Assembly: GCA_963843845.1 (NCBI GenBank) | Contig: CAWJMB010000002.1 | Coordinates: 1,696,001-1,760,000 of the forward strand | DNA from: an uncultured Gemmatimonadaceae bacterium | Lineage (GTDB): Bacteria > Gemmatimonadota > Gemmatimonadetes > Gemmatimonadales > Gemmatimonadaceae | Direction of reading: 5' to 3' | Length of the DNA: 64,000 bases | Shown: positions 48,844 to 57,856 of the stretch, piece after piece | Numbering within the stretch: the stretch's first letter is position 1 | Layout of the letters: every line of letters starts with the position of its first letter | Made by a program: the position numbers and the translations under genes | The notes under the pieces: generated by a model | Told to the model about the DNA's origin: nothing | Database searches by the model: none | What the model saw: only the letters and a program-made list of their open reading frames with translations

Positions 48844-51668
48844 CCCGTGCCGCGCAGCGCGGTCACCTTGGCACCGAGCTGATCGCGACGCGCCGACCAG
48901 TCACGCGCTTTCTGTCGCTCCGCCTCGACGACGTTCGGCGGCGCGCGACCGACGAATCCGTCGTTCGCGAGGCGAGCGCGCAGCGCGCCGAGCTGCCGGT
49001 CGAGATCGGCGATCTCCTTCGTGAGCTTCGCGCACTCCTTGTCGACGTCGACGATCCCGCCCAACGGCACCACCAACTCGGCACCGTCGATGAGGGCGTG
49101 CGCGGCAGCGCCGGACGGTGCCGTCGCGGCGACGGTGAGCCGCGTCCGCGCGAGCCGACCGATCAGCGACGCCTCCTCGTCGAACACCGCGCGCACGGCA
49201 TCGGCGGCGACGACCGTCGCGTCGATCCACGTGCTCGGCGCCACCGAATAGTCGGAGCGGACCTGACGCAGCGCGGCCACTGCGGCGCGCACGAGCTCGA
49301 ACTCGCGCACGCGCACGTCGGTCGCGCCCGCGTCCCCCGTCCGGAGTCGCGGCCACGCCGCCTGCGCGAGATAGGTGCCCTCGGTGTGACCGGGGATGCG
49401 CTGCCACAGCGCCTCGGTGATGAACGGCACGATCGGGTGGAGCAGCCGCATCGCCCGATCGAAGCAGTGCGTCAGCACAGCGCGCGCGACGTCGCGGTCC
49501 GAGTCGGCCGCTGTCGTACCCGACGCATCGCGCGAGGCCGGCGCCGCCGACGCCTCCGCCGTCAGGCGCCCCTTCGTCGACTCGACGTACCAGTCGGCGA
49601 GCTCGTTCCACACGAAACGGCGTGCCGCCTCGGCGTACTCGTTCAGCCGCAGCCCCGAGAACCGCTCGGCGGCCGCCCACCGGCCGCTCGCGTCGGGGCG
49701 CGCGGCGCCTAACGCGCCGTCGCACTCCGCGATCGCGAGATCGAGACGCGCGAGGATCCAGCGGTCGGCGCGTGTCAGGCGCGCGGTGTCGATCGACGCG
49801 AGCGGCTGCACCGGCGCGTCGCCGACGTTCGTCAGCAGGAAGCGGCCGATGTTCCACAGCTTCGTGCAGAAGTTGCGACCCGTCGCGAACGACTTCTCGA
49901 GGTCGCGGTGATCGAGGATCACGTCGGCGCCCATGCCGAGTCCGGCGATGACCGTCCACCGCAGGGCATCCGCGCCGTACAGCCGCACGACGTCGAGCGG
50001 GTCGATGCCGTTGCCCAACGACTTCGACATCTTGCGATGCTCGGTGTCGCGAACCGTGCCGTGCAGATACACGGTGTGGAACGGCGTGCGGCCGTCGAAC
50101 ACGTAGCCGGCCATGATCATGCGCGCGACCCAGAAGAACAGGATCTCGGGCGCCGTGACGAGCACGTCGGTCGGGTAGAACGCGCGGAGGTCCGCGCTGT
50201 CCTCCGGCCAGCCGAGCGTGGTCAGCGGCCAGAGCCACGACGAGAACCACGTATCGAGCACGTCGTCGTCCTGGCGCACGCCGCCGCCGCACGACGGGCA
50301 CGCCGCGATGTCGTCGCGACCCACGATCGGGTCGCTCCCGCACGCGTCGCAGTACCAGACGGGGATACGGTGCCCCCACCAGAGCTGGCGCGAGATGTTC
50401 CAATCGCGGATCCCTTCGAGCCAGTTGACGTAGACGGCCTCCCACCGTTCGGGGAGCACGCGCAGCGTGCCGTCGCGCACTGCGGCGAGCGCCGGTGCGG
50501 CGAGCGGCGCCATGCGCACGAACCACTGGTCGCTGAGGCGCGGCTCCACCACGGTCTCACAGCGGTAGCACTTCCGCACGGCGTGCGGGTGGTCCTTCAC
50601 GGCGACGAGGCGGCCTGACGATTCGAGCTGTCGGACGATGGCCTCGCGCGCGTCGTCGCGGTCGAGACCCCGCAGGTCGCTCGGCACGCGGCCGGCGGCG
50701 AGTGCCACCTCATCCATCGTCCCCGCAGCCGTCATCACGACGACCGATGCGAGCCCGTGGCGCTTTCCGACCTCGAAGTCGTTCGCGTCGTGCGCCGGCG
50801 TGATCTTCACGACGCCGGTCCCGAACGCGGGATCGGCGTAGTCGTCCGCGACGATGGGAATCGCCACGTTCGCGATCGGGAGGATGACGCGCCGGCCGAT
50901 CAGCGACCGATATCGTTCGTCGTTCGGATTCACGGCGAGCGCGACATCGCCGAGCATCGTCTCGGGGCGCGTCGTGGCGATCGTGAGCGACTGCGCAGGG
51001 TCGTCTTCCAGCGGGTAGCTGATGTGGTACAACTTGCCCGGCGCATCGTGGAACTCCGCTTCCTCGTCGGAGAGCGACGTCATGCAGCGAGGGCACCAGT
51101 GAATCACGCGGTGCCCCTTGTATATCAGCCCCTTCTCCCACAGCCGGACGAACGCCTCGCGCACCGCGCGCGACAGCTCGGGCGAGAGCGTGTACGCCGT
51201 GCGGGTCCAGTCGCACGACGCGCCGATCGCGCGCTGCTGGTGGAGGATCTGGCCGCCGGTCTCGTCGACGAACTGCGCGGTGCGCGCGACGAACGCGTCT
51301 CGTCCGACGTCGTAGCGCGACAGCCCCTCGCGCGCGAGCTGCTTCTCGACGACGTTCTGCGTCGCGATGCCCGCGTGGTCGGTGCCGGGGACCCAGAGCG
51401 CTTCGTCGCCGGCCATGCGGCGCCAGCGGATGACCACGTCCTGAACGCTGTTGTTCAGCCCGTGCCCCATGTGCAGCACGGCGGTGACGTTCGGCGGTGG
51501 GATGACGATCGTGAACGGCGTCCGGTCGCCGCCGGCGCGCGTGCTCCGCGCGGCGTGGGCCGTGAACACGCCGTGCCGCTCCCACGCGGCGTAGATCGCG
51601 GGCTCGGTGGCGGCCGCGTCGTACTGGGCAGGAAACTCGCGCTGCGGCGCGTCGTGCTCGGGGCTCAT
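48840..51668 (-). CDS. valS: Valine--tRNA ligase
   Basis: PPPNVTAVLHMGH, ATTRPETM, WNISRQLWWGHRIP, KMSKS. Confidence 0.97.
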   Translation of the reverse strand: MSPEHDAPQREFPAQYDAAATEPAIYAAWERHGVFTAHAARSTRAGGDRTPFTIVIPPPNVTAVLHMGHGLNNSVQDVVIRWRRMAGDEALWVPGTDHAGIATQNVVEKQLAREGLSRYDVGRDAFVARTAQFVDETGGQILHQQRAIGASCDWTRTAYTLSPELSRAVREAFVRLWEKGLIYKGHRVIHWCPRCMTSLSDEEAEFHDAPGKLYHISYPLEDDPAQSLTIATTRPETMLGDVALAVNPNDERYRSLIGRRVILPIANVAIPIVADDYADPAFGTGVVKITPAHDANDFEVGKRHGLASVVVMTAAGTMDEVALAAGRVPSDLRGLDRDDAREAIVRQLESSGRLVAVKDHPHAVRKCYRCETVVEPRLSDQWFVRMAPLAAPALAAVRDGTLRVLPERWEAVYVNWLEGIRDWNISRQLWWGHRIPVWYCDACGSDPIVGRDDIAACPSCGGGVRQDDDVLDTWFSSWLWPLTTLGWPEDSADLRAFYPTDVLVTAPEILFFWVARMIMAGYVFDGRTPFHTVYLHGTVRDTEHRKMSKSLGNGIDPLDVVRLYGADALRWTVIAGLGMGADVILDHRDLEKSFATGRNFCTKLWNIGRFLLTNVGDAPVQPLASIDTARLTRADRWILARLDLAIAECDGALGAARPDASGRWAAAERFSGLRLNEYAEAARRFVWNELADWYVESTKGRLTAEASAAPASRDASGTTAADSDRDVARAVLTHCFDRAMRLLHPIVPFITEALWQRIPGHTEGTYLAQAAWPRLRTGDAGATDVRVREFELVRAAVAALRQVRSDYSVAPSTWIDATVVAADAVRAVFDEEASLIGRLARTRLTVAATAPSGAAAHALIDGAELVVPLGGIVDVDKECAKLTKEIADLDRQLGALRARLANDGFVGRAPPNVVEAERQKARDWSARRDQLGAKVTALRGTG

Positions 51669-51704
51669 GCGGCGGAAACTAACCACAGCGACGTCGTCTC
51701 CAAC

Positions 51705-51759
51705 GCAGTGAGGGATCCCGTCGTCGGGCGTGAGCCCGAACGACGAGATCCCTCACCGC
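51705..51759. repeat. Long intergenic hairpin capped by a GTGA tetraloop
   Basis: gtgagggatc-ccgtcgt-cgggc-GTGA-gcccg-aacgacg-agatccctcac. Confidence 0.75.
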
Positions 51760-51780
51760 GCTCAGAGACGAGAGCCGCGC

Positions 51781-52041
51781 TCAGGCGTGCTGTGTCGGTC
51801 CCGCGTCGGGATGCTGGAATCGGTCCACGCACGCGCGGTTGTTGTCGATCTTGCGCTGCAACTCGTCGGCGCGGAGCCCGGCGTCCGGCCCCGTGTCCTC
51901 GACGGCGCCGCCGAGTCGGATGTCGTCGGCGATGTAGTCGGGACCGCGCGGGTCGGCGAGCTTGTCGTCGAAGTCTTCCTGGCGGACTTTGAAGTTGCCC
52001 GCCCAGTCACGTCCGTTGTGCGGCTTCTGGCGATCTGACAT
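51781..52041 (-). CDS. Small acidic hypothetical protein (86 aa)
   Basis: SD GGAGG, MSDRQKPHNGRDWAGNFKVRQEDFDDKL...; typical codon usage. Confidence 0.7.
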   Translation of the reverse strand: MSDRQKPHNGRDWAGNFKVRQEDFDDKLADPRGPDYIADDIRLGGAVEDTGPDAGLRADELQRKIDNNRACVDRFQHPDAGPTQHA

Positions 52042-52077
52042 TCCTGCCTCCGGCTGTGATTGACGGATCTCTCTAAG

Positions 52078-52092
52078 GCAAGCCGTGGGCCC
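52078..52092 (-). promoter_or_regulatory. Candidate sigma54 (-24/-12) promoter
   Basis: GGGCCCACGGCTTGC matches GG-N10-GC with TTGC at -12. Confidence 0.4.
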
Positions 52093-52114
52093 TCGTGCGC
52101 CCGCGTCGCCGGTG

Positions 52115-53029
52115 TCAGTCGGTGCGCGTGAAGCGCCCGGTCCGCTCGCGGAGGATCGGCTCGGCCGACGCCGGATCGGCGACGTGGTCGGCCTTCGGCA
52201 CTCCGCTCGGCGCGATCGGCGAGCCGCCGGTCTCGTCACCTTCGATCGTGCGGCTCGGGCGGGTCCGACGCTCCGCGGCCGGCTCGATCTCGTCGGCCGC
52301 GTCGGTCTCCATCTGCCCCTCGCGCTGCCAGCGCTCCTCGAGCACCGGCTTCGGGCTCGCGTGGCGCCCCGGGTCGGCCGACGTCCCCTGTCGCGGTCGG
52401 CCGATGCCGACGCCGATCCCCTCCCAGCGCGCCGACGCCTCGACCTCGCCACTCTCGTACTTGCGCGCGCTGTCGTCGAACCGGTCGTCCTCCTCGCGCA
52501 CCGCGAGCCGGTTCACGACCGTCTCGACGCCTGGCACGCCGCGCGTGATGGTCACGGCGTGCTGCGTCTCCTCGTCGGCGTGCACCCAGCCGGTCAGCTC
52601 GATGATGCCGCGCCCGATCGCACCGATGTCGACGGCCCGCTCGCTCAGGATGGGGTCGTTGCGGAACGCTTCGAGTACCCGCTCCTCGAGCTGCTCGCCC
52701 TCGTCGCCGTATTCCTCGTCGTCGAGCGGCTCCTCGTCGATGTCGTAGGCCTCGTTGCCGCGGTCGCGGAAGCCGGCGGCCACCCGCTCGCGATCGTCGT
52801 CCGGCGTGTGGTGCCCGAATCGCTCGCGCAGTCGGTCGCCGAAGCCGTCGCCGAGGCGGTCGCGCACGCGGCGCGACAGGCGTTCGGAGACGGCGGAGAG
52901 TCCGCCGTAGCGCTGCGCGATCAGCACGCCGACCGCGACGCCGGCGAGCGCGCCGATGGCGATGTACAGAGGGCCGTTCGAGCTGCTGCTATCGTCGCGG
53001 TAGCGCAGTGCGCGGTATTTCGATGCCAT
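52115..53029 (-). CDS. BON domain membrane protein
   Basis: TM LYIAIGALAGVAVGVLIA; LEERVLEAFRNDPIL...IELTGWV...RGVPGVETVVNRL. Confidence 0.85.
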   Translation of the reverse strand: MASKYRALRYRDDSSSSNGPLYIAIGALAGVAVGVLIAQRYGGLSAVSERLSRRVRDRLGDGFGDRLRERFGHHTPDDDRERVAAGFRDRGNEAYDIDEEPLDDEEYGDEGEQLEERVLEAFRNDPILSERAVDIGAIGRGIIELTGWVHADEETQHAVTITRGVPGVETVVNRLAVREEDDRFDDSARKYESGEVEASARWEGIGVGIGRPRQGTSADPGRHASPKPVLEERWQREGQMETDAADEIEPAAERRTRPSRTIEGDETGGSPIAPSGVPKADHVADPASAEPILRERTGRFTRTD

Positions 53030-53160
53030 TGCCTGTGGTCGTGAGAGGGTCGCGGGTGGCGCGGGGAGCGGCGTCGTGGCGCAGGTGATGATGCCGGAAT
53101 AACTTGCGCCGCAGAGGCGCCGCGGAACTACGACGCGAGCGCGCAAGAACAAGGCCACCT

Positions 53161-53185
53161 GCGGGGATGTCGGACCCCGCTTTTT
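53161..53185 (+). promoter_or_regulatory. Hairpin plus T-tract in the thrS leader
   Basis: gcgggg-atgtcgga-ccccgc-ttttt ending 7 nt before the ATG. Confidence 0.55.
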
Positions 53186-53192
53186 GCACTCC

Positions 53193-55172
53193 ATGATGAA
53201 CGCGTCCGTCGCTCATTCGCCCGCGGAATCCGCGGCGCCGATCGTCCTCACGCTCCCCGACGGCGCGACGCGCGAGGTGCCGTACGGTACGCTCCCCCGC
53301 GAGGTCGTCGCGTCGATCGGCGAGCGGTTGCTGCGTGCCGCCGTCGCGGTCTCCGTCGACGGCGAGGTGCAGGACCTCATCACGCCGCTGCGCGCGGGCG
53401 GGCACTTCCGCGTGCTCACGGAGCGGGACGCCGAGGCGCTCGCGGTGCTTCGGCACTCTGGCGCGCACGTCCTCGCGACGGCCGTCCGGCGGCTGCGCCC
53501 CGACGCGAAGATCGGCTTCGGCCCGGCGATCGACGAGGGCTTCTACTACGACTTCGAGGTCGCGTCGCCCTTCACGCCCGACGATCTCGCCGGGTTCGAG
53601 GCGGAGATGCGCCGGGTCGCCGGCGAGAAGCTCGCGTTCGAGCGGCGCGAGGTCTCGCGCGACGAGGCGAGGACCGTCTTTCGTGACGATCCGCTGAAGC
53701 TCGAGCGGCTGCACGACCTCCCGGCGGACGAAGTCATCTCGACGTACCGCGACGGCGACTTCGTCGATCTGTGCCGCGGTCCGCACGTTCCCGACACCTC
53801 GTGGCTCAAGCACTTCAAGCTGTTGACCACGGCCGGCGCGTACTGGCGTGGCGACGTGAAGCGGCAGATGCTGCAGCGGATCTACGCGACGGCGTTCTTC
53901 AAGAAGGACGACCTCGACCAGCATCTGCACCGCCTCGAGGAGGCGAAGCGCCGCGACCACCGGCTGTTGGGCAAGCAGCTCGACCTCTTCCAGTTCCACC
54001 CGGTCTCGCCGGGCGCGGCGTTCTGGACGCCGCGCGGCACGACGCTCTACAACACGCTCGTGGATTTCGTGCGCGACCGGCAGCGTGCCGACTTCCTGGA
54101 GGTGAAGACGCCGCTCGTGTACACGAAGGTGCTCTGGGAGCAGTCCGGGCACTGGGGAAAGTACAGGGAGAACATGTTTCTCATCCTCGACAACGAGTCG
54201 GGTGAGCACGACATGTCGCTCAAGCCGATGAACTGCCCCTCGCACTACATCTACTTCAACTCGGCGAAGCACTCGTATCGCGAGCTGCCGCTGCGCCTGA
54301 CGACGATGGACGTGCTGCACCGGAACGAGGTGTCGGGGGCGCTCTCCGGGCTCACGCGAGTGCGGCAGTTCGCGCAGGACGACTGCCACGTCTTCCTGCG
54401 CGAGGACCAGATCGAGTCGGAGGTGAAGTTCCTGCTCGACTTCATCCTCGGTCACTACCGCGCGTTCGGGCTCACCGCGGCGCTCAAGTTCGCGACGCGT
54501 CCCGAACAGCGCATCGGCTCCGACGAGCTGTGGGACCGAGCGGAGGGGGCGCTGCGCGCCGCCCTCGAGTCCACCGGGATGGCCTACGAGCTGAAGCCGG
54601 GCGACGGCGCGTTCTACGGTCCGAAGATCGACTTCGACGTGACGGACTCGATAGGCCGTTCGTGGCAGCTGGGCACGATCCAGCTCGACTACAACGCGCC
54701 CGAGCGGTTCGACATGGGGTACGTCGGCGACGACAACACCGTGCACCGGCCGGTGGTGATTCATCGCGCCGTGTGCGGCTCGTTCGAGCGGTTCCTCGCC
54801 ATCCTGATCGAGCACTTCGCCGGCGCGTTCCCGACGTGGCTCGCGCCGGAGCAGGTGCGCGTCGTCCCGATCGCCCCCGACTACGCCGACTACGCGGCCG
54901 AGCTGACGCGCGCGCTGCGCGGGGCCGGCGTCCGGGTCGGCTACGACCCGGAGGCGCGCAAGGATTACCGCGAGGTCATCAAGGACGCGTCGCTGCTCAA
55001 GATCCCGTACATGGCCGTCGTCGGGCGGCGCGAGGCAGAGCAGCGCACCGTCACGTTGCGTCGGCGCGGGGCGGAGAAGCAGCAGGAGACGCTCTCGATC
55101 GAGGCGCTCGTGCAGCGCCTGACGGACGAGATCCGGACGCACGCGCTCGAGGCGGGGGCGGCGGCGGTCTGA
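53193..55172 (+). CDS. thrS: Threonine--tRNA ligase
   Basis: RHSGAHVL, DLCRGPH, RDHRLLG, KPMNCP, GAFYGPKID, QLD. Confidence 0.97.
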   Translation: MMNASVAHSPAESAAPIVLTLPDGATREVPYGTLPREVVASIGERLLRAAVAVSVDGEVQDLITPLRAGGHFRVLTERDAEALAVLRHSGAHVLATAVRRLRPDAKIGFGPAIDEGFYYDFEVASPFTPDDLAGFEAEMRRVAGEKLAFERREVSRDEARTVFRDDPLKLERLHDLPADEVISTYRDGDFVDLCRGPHVPDTSWLKHFKLLTTAGAYWRGDVKRQMLQRIYATAFFKKDDLDQHLHRLEEAKRRDHRLLGKQLDLFQFHPVSPGAAFWTPRGTTLYNTLVDFVRDRQRADFLEVKTPLVYTKVLWEQSGHWGKYRENMFLILDNESGEHDMSLKPMNCPSHYIYFNSAKHSYRELPLRLTTMDVLHRNEVSGALSGLTRVRQFAQDDCHVFLREDQIESEVKFLLDFILGHYRAFGLTAALKFATRPEQRIGSDELWDRAEGALRAALESTGMAYELKPGDGAFYGPKIDFDVTDSIGRSWQLGTIQLDYNAPERFDMGYVGDDNTVHRPVVIHRAVCGSFERFLAILIEHFAGAFPTWLAPEQVRVVPIAPDYADYAAELTRALRGAGVRVGYDPEARKDYREVIKDASLLKIPYMAVVGRREAEQRTVTLRRRGAEKQQETLSIEALVQRLTDEIRTHALEAGAAAV

Positions 55173-55222
55173 GGAGAACTTCCCCGTGATGTTTCCCTGA
55201 CGTCACCGCACCTCACACCGCG

Positions 55223-57676
55223 CTAGCGACTCCGGATCGCGTCGACCGGATCGATCCGCGCCGCCCTGCTCGCTGGCAGCCAGCAGGCGGCGATGCCGAC
55301 GACGGCCATGAGCAGCGTGACGCCGATGAGCGTCACGGGATCGTGCGGCGGCACGCCGTAGAGCAGGCTCTGCATGGCGCGGGTCGCCGCGAGCGCGCCG
55401 GCGGCGCCTAACGCGAGCCCGATCCCGAGCAGCACGCCGCCCTCGCCGAGGATCATGCGCCGAATCGCGCCGCGGTCCGCGCCGAGGCTCATGCGGACGC
55501 CGATGTCGTTCGTGCGCGTCGACACGGAGAACGCCAGCACGCCGGCGATGCCGACGGCGGCGATGACGACCGCGAGCACGCCGAACGACGAGATCAGCGC
55601 CGCGTTCAGACGTCGCGGCGCGACGCTCTCGTCGCGGATCTGGTCGATGGTCAGCATGTTCTCGATCGGCTCGCGCGGCGCGACGGCACGGATGACGCGC
55701 GCCACGTTCGGTGCGAGCGTCGCGGCCGCGGTCGCGCTGCGCACCACGAAGCCGCCGCCCTGGAACACGGGCGACTGCGCGAACGGCTGGAAGACGACCA
55801 GCCGCGGCGCCGCGTCGAGTCCGCCGTCGCGGGTGTCGCCCACGACGCCGACCACGGTGCGCCACAGATTCTCGGGCATCCCGATGAACTGCAGCACGGG
55901 GCCCGTCCACGCGATGCGCTGGCCGATCGGGTCGCGGCCGGGCCAGAACTTCTCGGCCATCGTCTTGTTCACGATCACGACGAGGCTCGCGCTGTCGCGG
56001 TCGGTGGCCATGAAGTCGCGGCCCGCGAGCACCGGGATGCCGGCCGCCTTGAAGTAGCCCGGGTCCGCGGTGCGCATCTCGGAGTGCGGTTGCGCCTCCC
56101 CAGCGGCGAGCGTGTAGCCGTCGGCCTTCACGTCCAGCGCGAACTGGGTGGAGCGGAGCGGCATCGTCGAGCCGACGCCGACCTCCTGCACCCCGGGAAG
56201 GCCGTGGAGGTCGTCGCTGATGCGGCGGTAGAGCGCCCGCGCGTCCTCGTCGCTCCGCTCGCCCATGACGAGTGGCATCTCCATCGTCAGCACCTCGCCC
56301 GGCCTGATGCCGGCGTCGACGTCGGCGAGCTGCAGCATCGTCCGCGTGAGCAGCCCTGCGCCCGCGAGCAGCACGACCGATACGGCGATCTGCGCGACGA
56401 CGAGCGCGCGCTGCATGCGCTGCTTTCGCAGGCTTCCGCTCACCCGGCTCACTCCCGCCGCGACCCACCCGCCGAGCGTCCCTTCCTTCGGGAGACTCGG
56501 CGCATAGGAGAGGAGCAGCGCGACCGCGAGCGTCGTCACGAGCGTGAACGCGAGCACCATCCAGTCGAGCCTGATCTCGCCGGCGCGCGGGGAGTAGCGC
56601 CCGGCGAACGGGACGAGCAGCGCGACGCCGCCCCACGCGATCACGAGCCCGACGAGCGCGCCCGAACCGGCGAGCAGCAGGTTCTCGACGAGCAGCAGCC
56701 GACGGAGCGGCCCCGTACCGGCACCGACCGCGGCGCGCAACACCAGCTCGTGCTCGCGACGCACGCCGCGCATCAGCGTGAGGTTCGCCACGTTCGCGCA
56801 CGAGATGATCAGCACGAACGCGGCCGCGGCCATGAGGAGCCCGACCGTCAGCCGCGCCTTCTCGCCGAGCACTTCGCGGAACGGCAGCACCTCGACGCGG
56901 TACCCCGAACTCGGATCGTAGTCCTGAACGTACTCCGCCTGCACCCGCGAGCGGATCGTCGCCACTTCCGAGCGTGCGCGGTCGAGCGTGGCGCCGGGCG
57001 CGAGGCGCGCGATGACCTCGGTCATCCGGTGCGATCGGCCCTGGACCATCGTCGCGCTCACGTGGTGCTCGCTGATCACCATGTTCATGAGCGCGTCGTA
57101 GCGGCCTGGAAAGAACGGTGCCGGCTGCGCCACGCCGATGATCGTCGTCGGCTTCCCCTCGACCCGCACGACGCGGCCGATGACGCTCGGGTCGCCGCCG
57201 AAGTGGGACTTCCAGTAGTCGTAGGTCAGCACCATCACCGGGGGCGGCGTCGAGCCGTCGTCGGCGTCGTTCGTCTGGCGGCCGAGGACCGTCGTGAGGC
57301 CCATGACCTGGAAGTAGTTGCCCGTCACCAGGCCGACGTTGATCCGCACGGGGTCGGACCCCTCGCGCAGCATCGTCAGCGTCAGCGGCGAGTACTCGGC
57401 GACGCCGGCGAGCGACTTCGCACCGTCGCGGACGTCGTTGATCTCGGGAACCGAGAACGCGATGTTCTCGCCCCCCGGCCCGCTGATCGACTGCCGCAGG
57501 TAGACGAGCTGGTCGCCGCCGCGGTGCGGGAGTGGCCGCAGGAGCACGCCCCGGACGACCGAGAAGATCGCCGTGTTCGCCCCGATCCCGAGGCCGAGGG
57601 TCAGCACGACGGCGACGGCGAAGCCGCGGGCGCGGGACAGGCTGCGGAGCGCGAAGCGAAGGTCCGAGATGAGCAT
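55223..57676 (-). CDS. Duplicated orphan ABC permease (ADOP-type, MacB/FtsX-like)
   Basis: DLRFALRSL...LGLGIGANTAIFSVV...LLRPLP, ISCANVANL, QIAVSVVLL, IGVRMSLGA, PASRAARIDP. Confidence 0.92.
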   Translation of the reverse strand: MLISDLRFALRSLSRARGFAVAVVLTLGLGIGANTAIFSVVRGVLLRPLPHRGGDQLVYLRQSISGPGGENIAFSVPEINDVRDGAKSLAGVAEYSPLTLTMLREGSDPVRINVGLVTGNYFQVMGLTTVLGRQTNDADDGSTPPPVMVLTYDYWKSHFGGDPSVIGRVVRVEGKPTTIIGVAQPAPFFPGRYDALMNMVISEHHVSATMVQGRSHRMTEVIARLAPGATLDRARSEVATIRSRVQAEYVQDYDPSSGYRVEVLPFREVLGEKARLTVGLLMAAAAFVLIISCANVANLTLMRGVRREHELVLRAAVGAGTGPLRRLLLVENLLLAGSGALVGLVIAWGGVALLVPFAGRYSPRAGEIRLDWMVLAFTLVTTLAVALLLSYAPSLPKEGTLGGWVAAGVSRVSGSLRKQRMQRALVVAQIAVSVVLLAGAGLLTRTMLQLADVDAGIRPGEVLTMEMPLVMGERSDEDARALYRRISDDLHGLPGVQEVGVGSTMPLRSTQFALDVKADGYTLAAGEAQPHSEMRTADPGYFKAAGIPVLAGRDFMATDRDSASLVVIVNKTMAEKFWPGRDPIGQRIAWTGPVLQFIGMPENLWRTVVGVVGDTRDGGLDAAPRLVVFQPFAQSPVFQGGGFVVRSATAAATLAPNVARVIRAVAPREPIENMLTIDQIRDESVAPRRLNAALISSFGVLAVVIAAVGIAGVLAFSVSTRTNDIGVRMSLGADRGAIRRMILGEGGVLLGIGLALGAAGALAATRAMQSLLYGVPPHDPVTLIGVTLLMAVVGIAACWLPASRAARIDPVDAIRSR

Positions 57677-57856
57677 GGCGTCGTCGCGGGGTGACGGTGG
57701 CGGCCCGGACGGGCCGGCACACAGTCGACGAACGAAGCGCCGCAGAATCGACACTGGGCGCGGGGGCGGGAGCAGTGAAGGTAGCGCGGCGTCAAGAGCG
57801 CGGGTCGTTACCTTTCCCATGCTCTCCGACACCCTGCACCCCGTGTTTCGCTCGCC

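Noticed and set aside
53085..53135. Thr-rich leader peptide (ACT ACG ACG) for thrS attenuation
   Set aside because: The Thr codons follow an in-frame TAA with no start codon between, and no stop precedes the hairpin.
2436..55413. bldA-like TTA codon regulation
   Set aside because: TTA codons sit in essential genes and always in the same CG-TTA-GGC context, and the motif also occurs in the opposite orientation. This favours a DNA motif over translational control.
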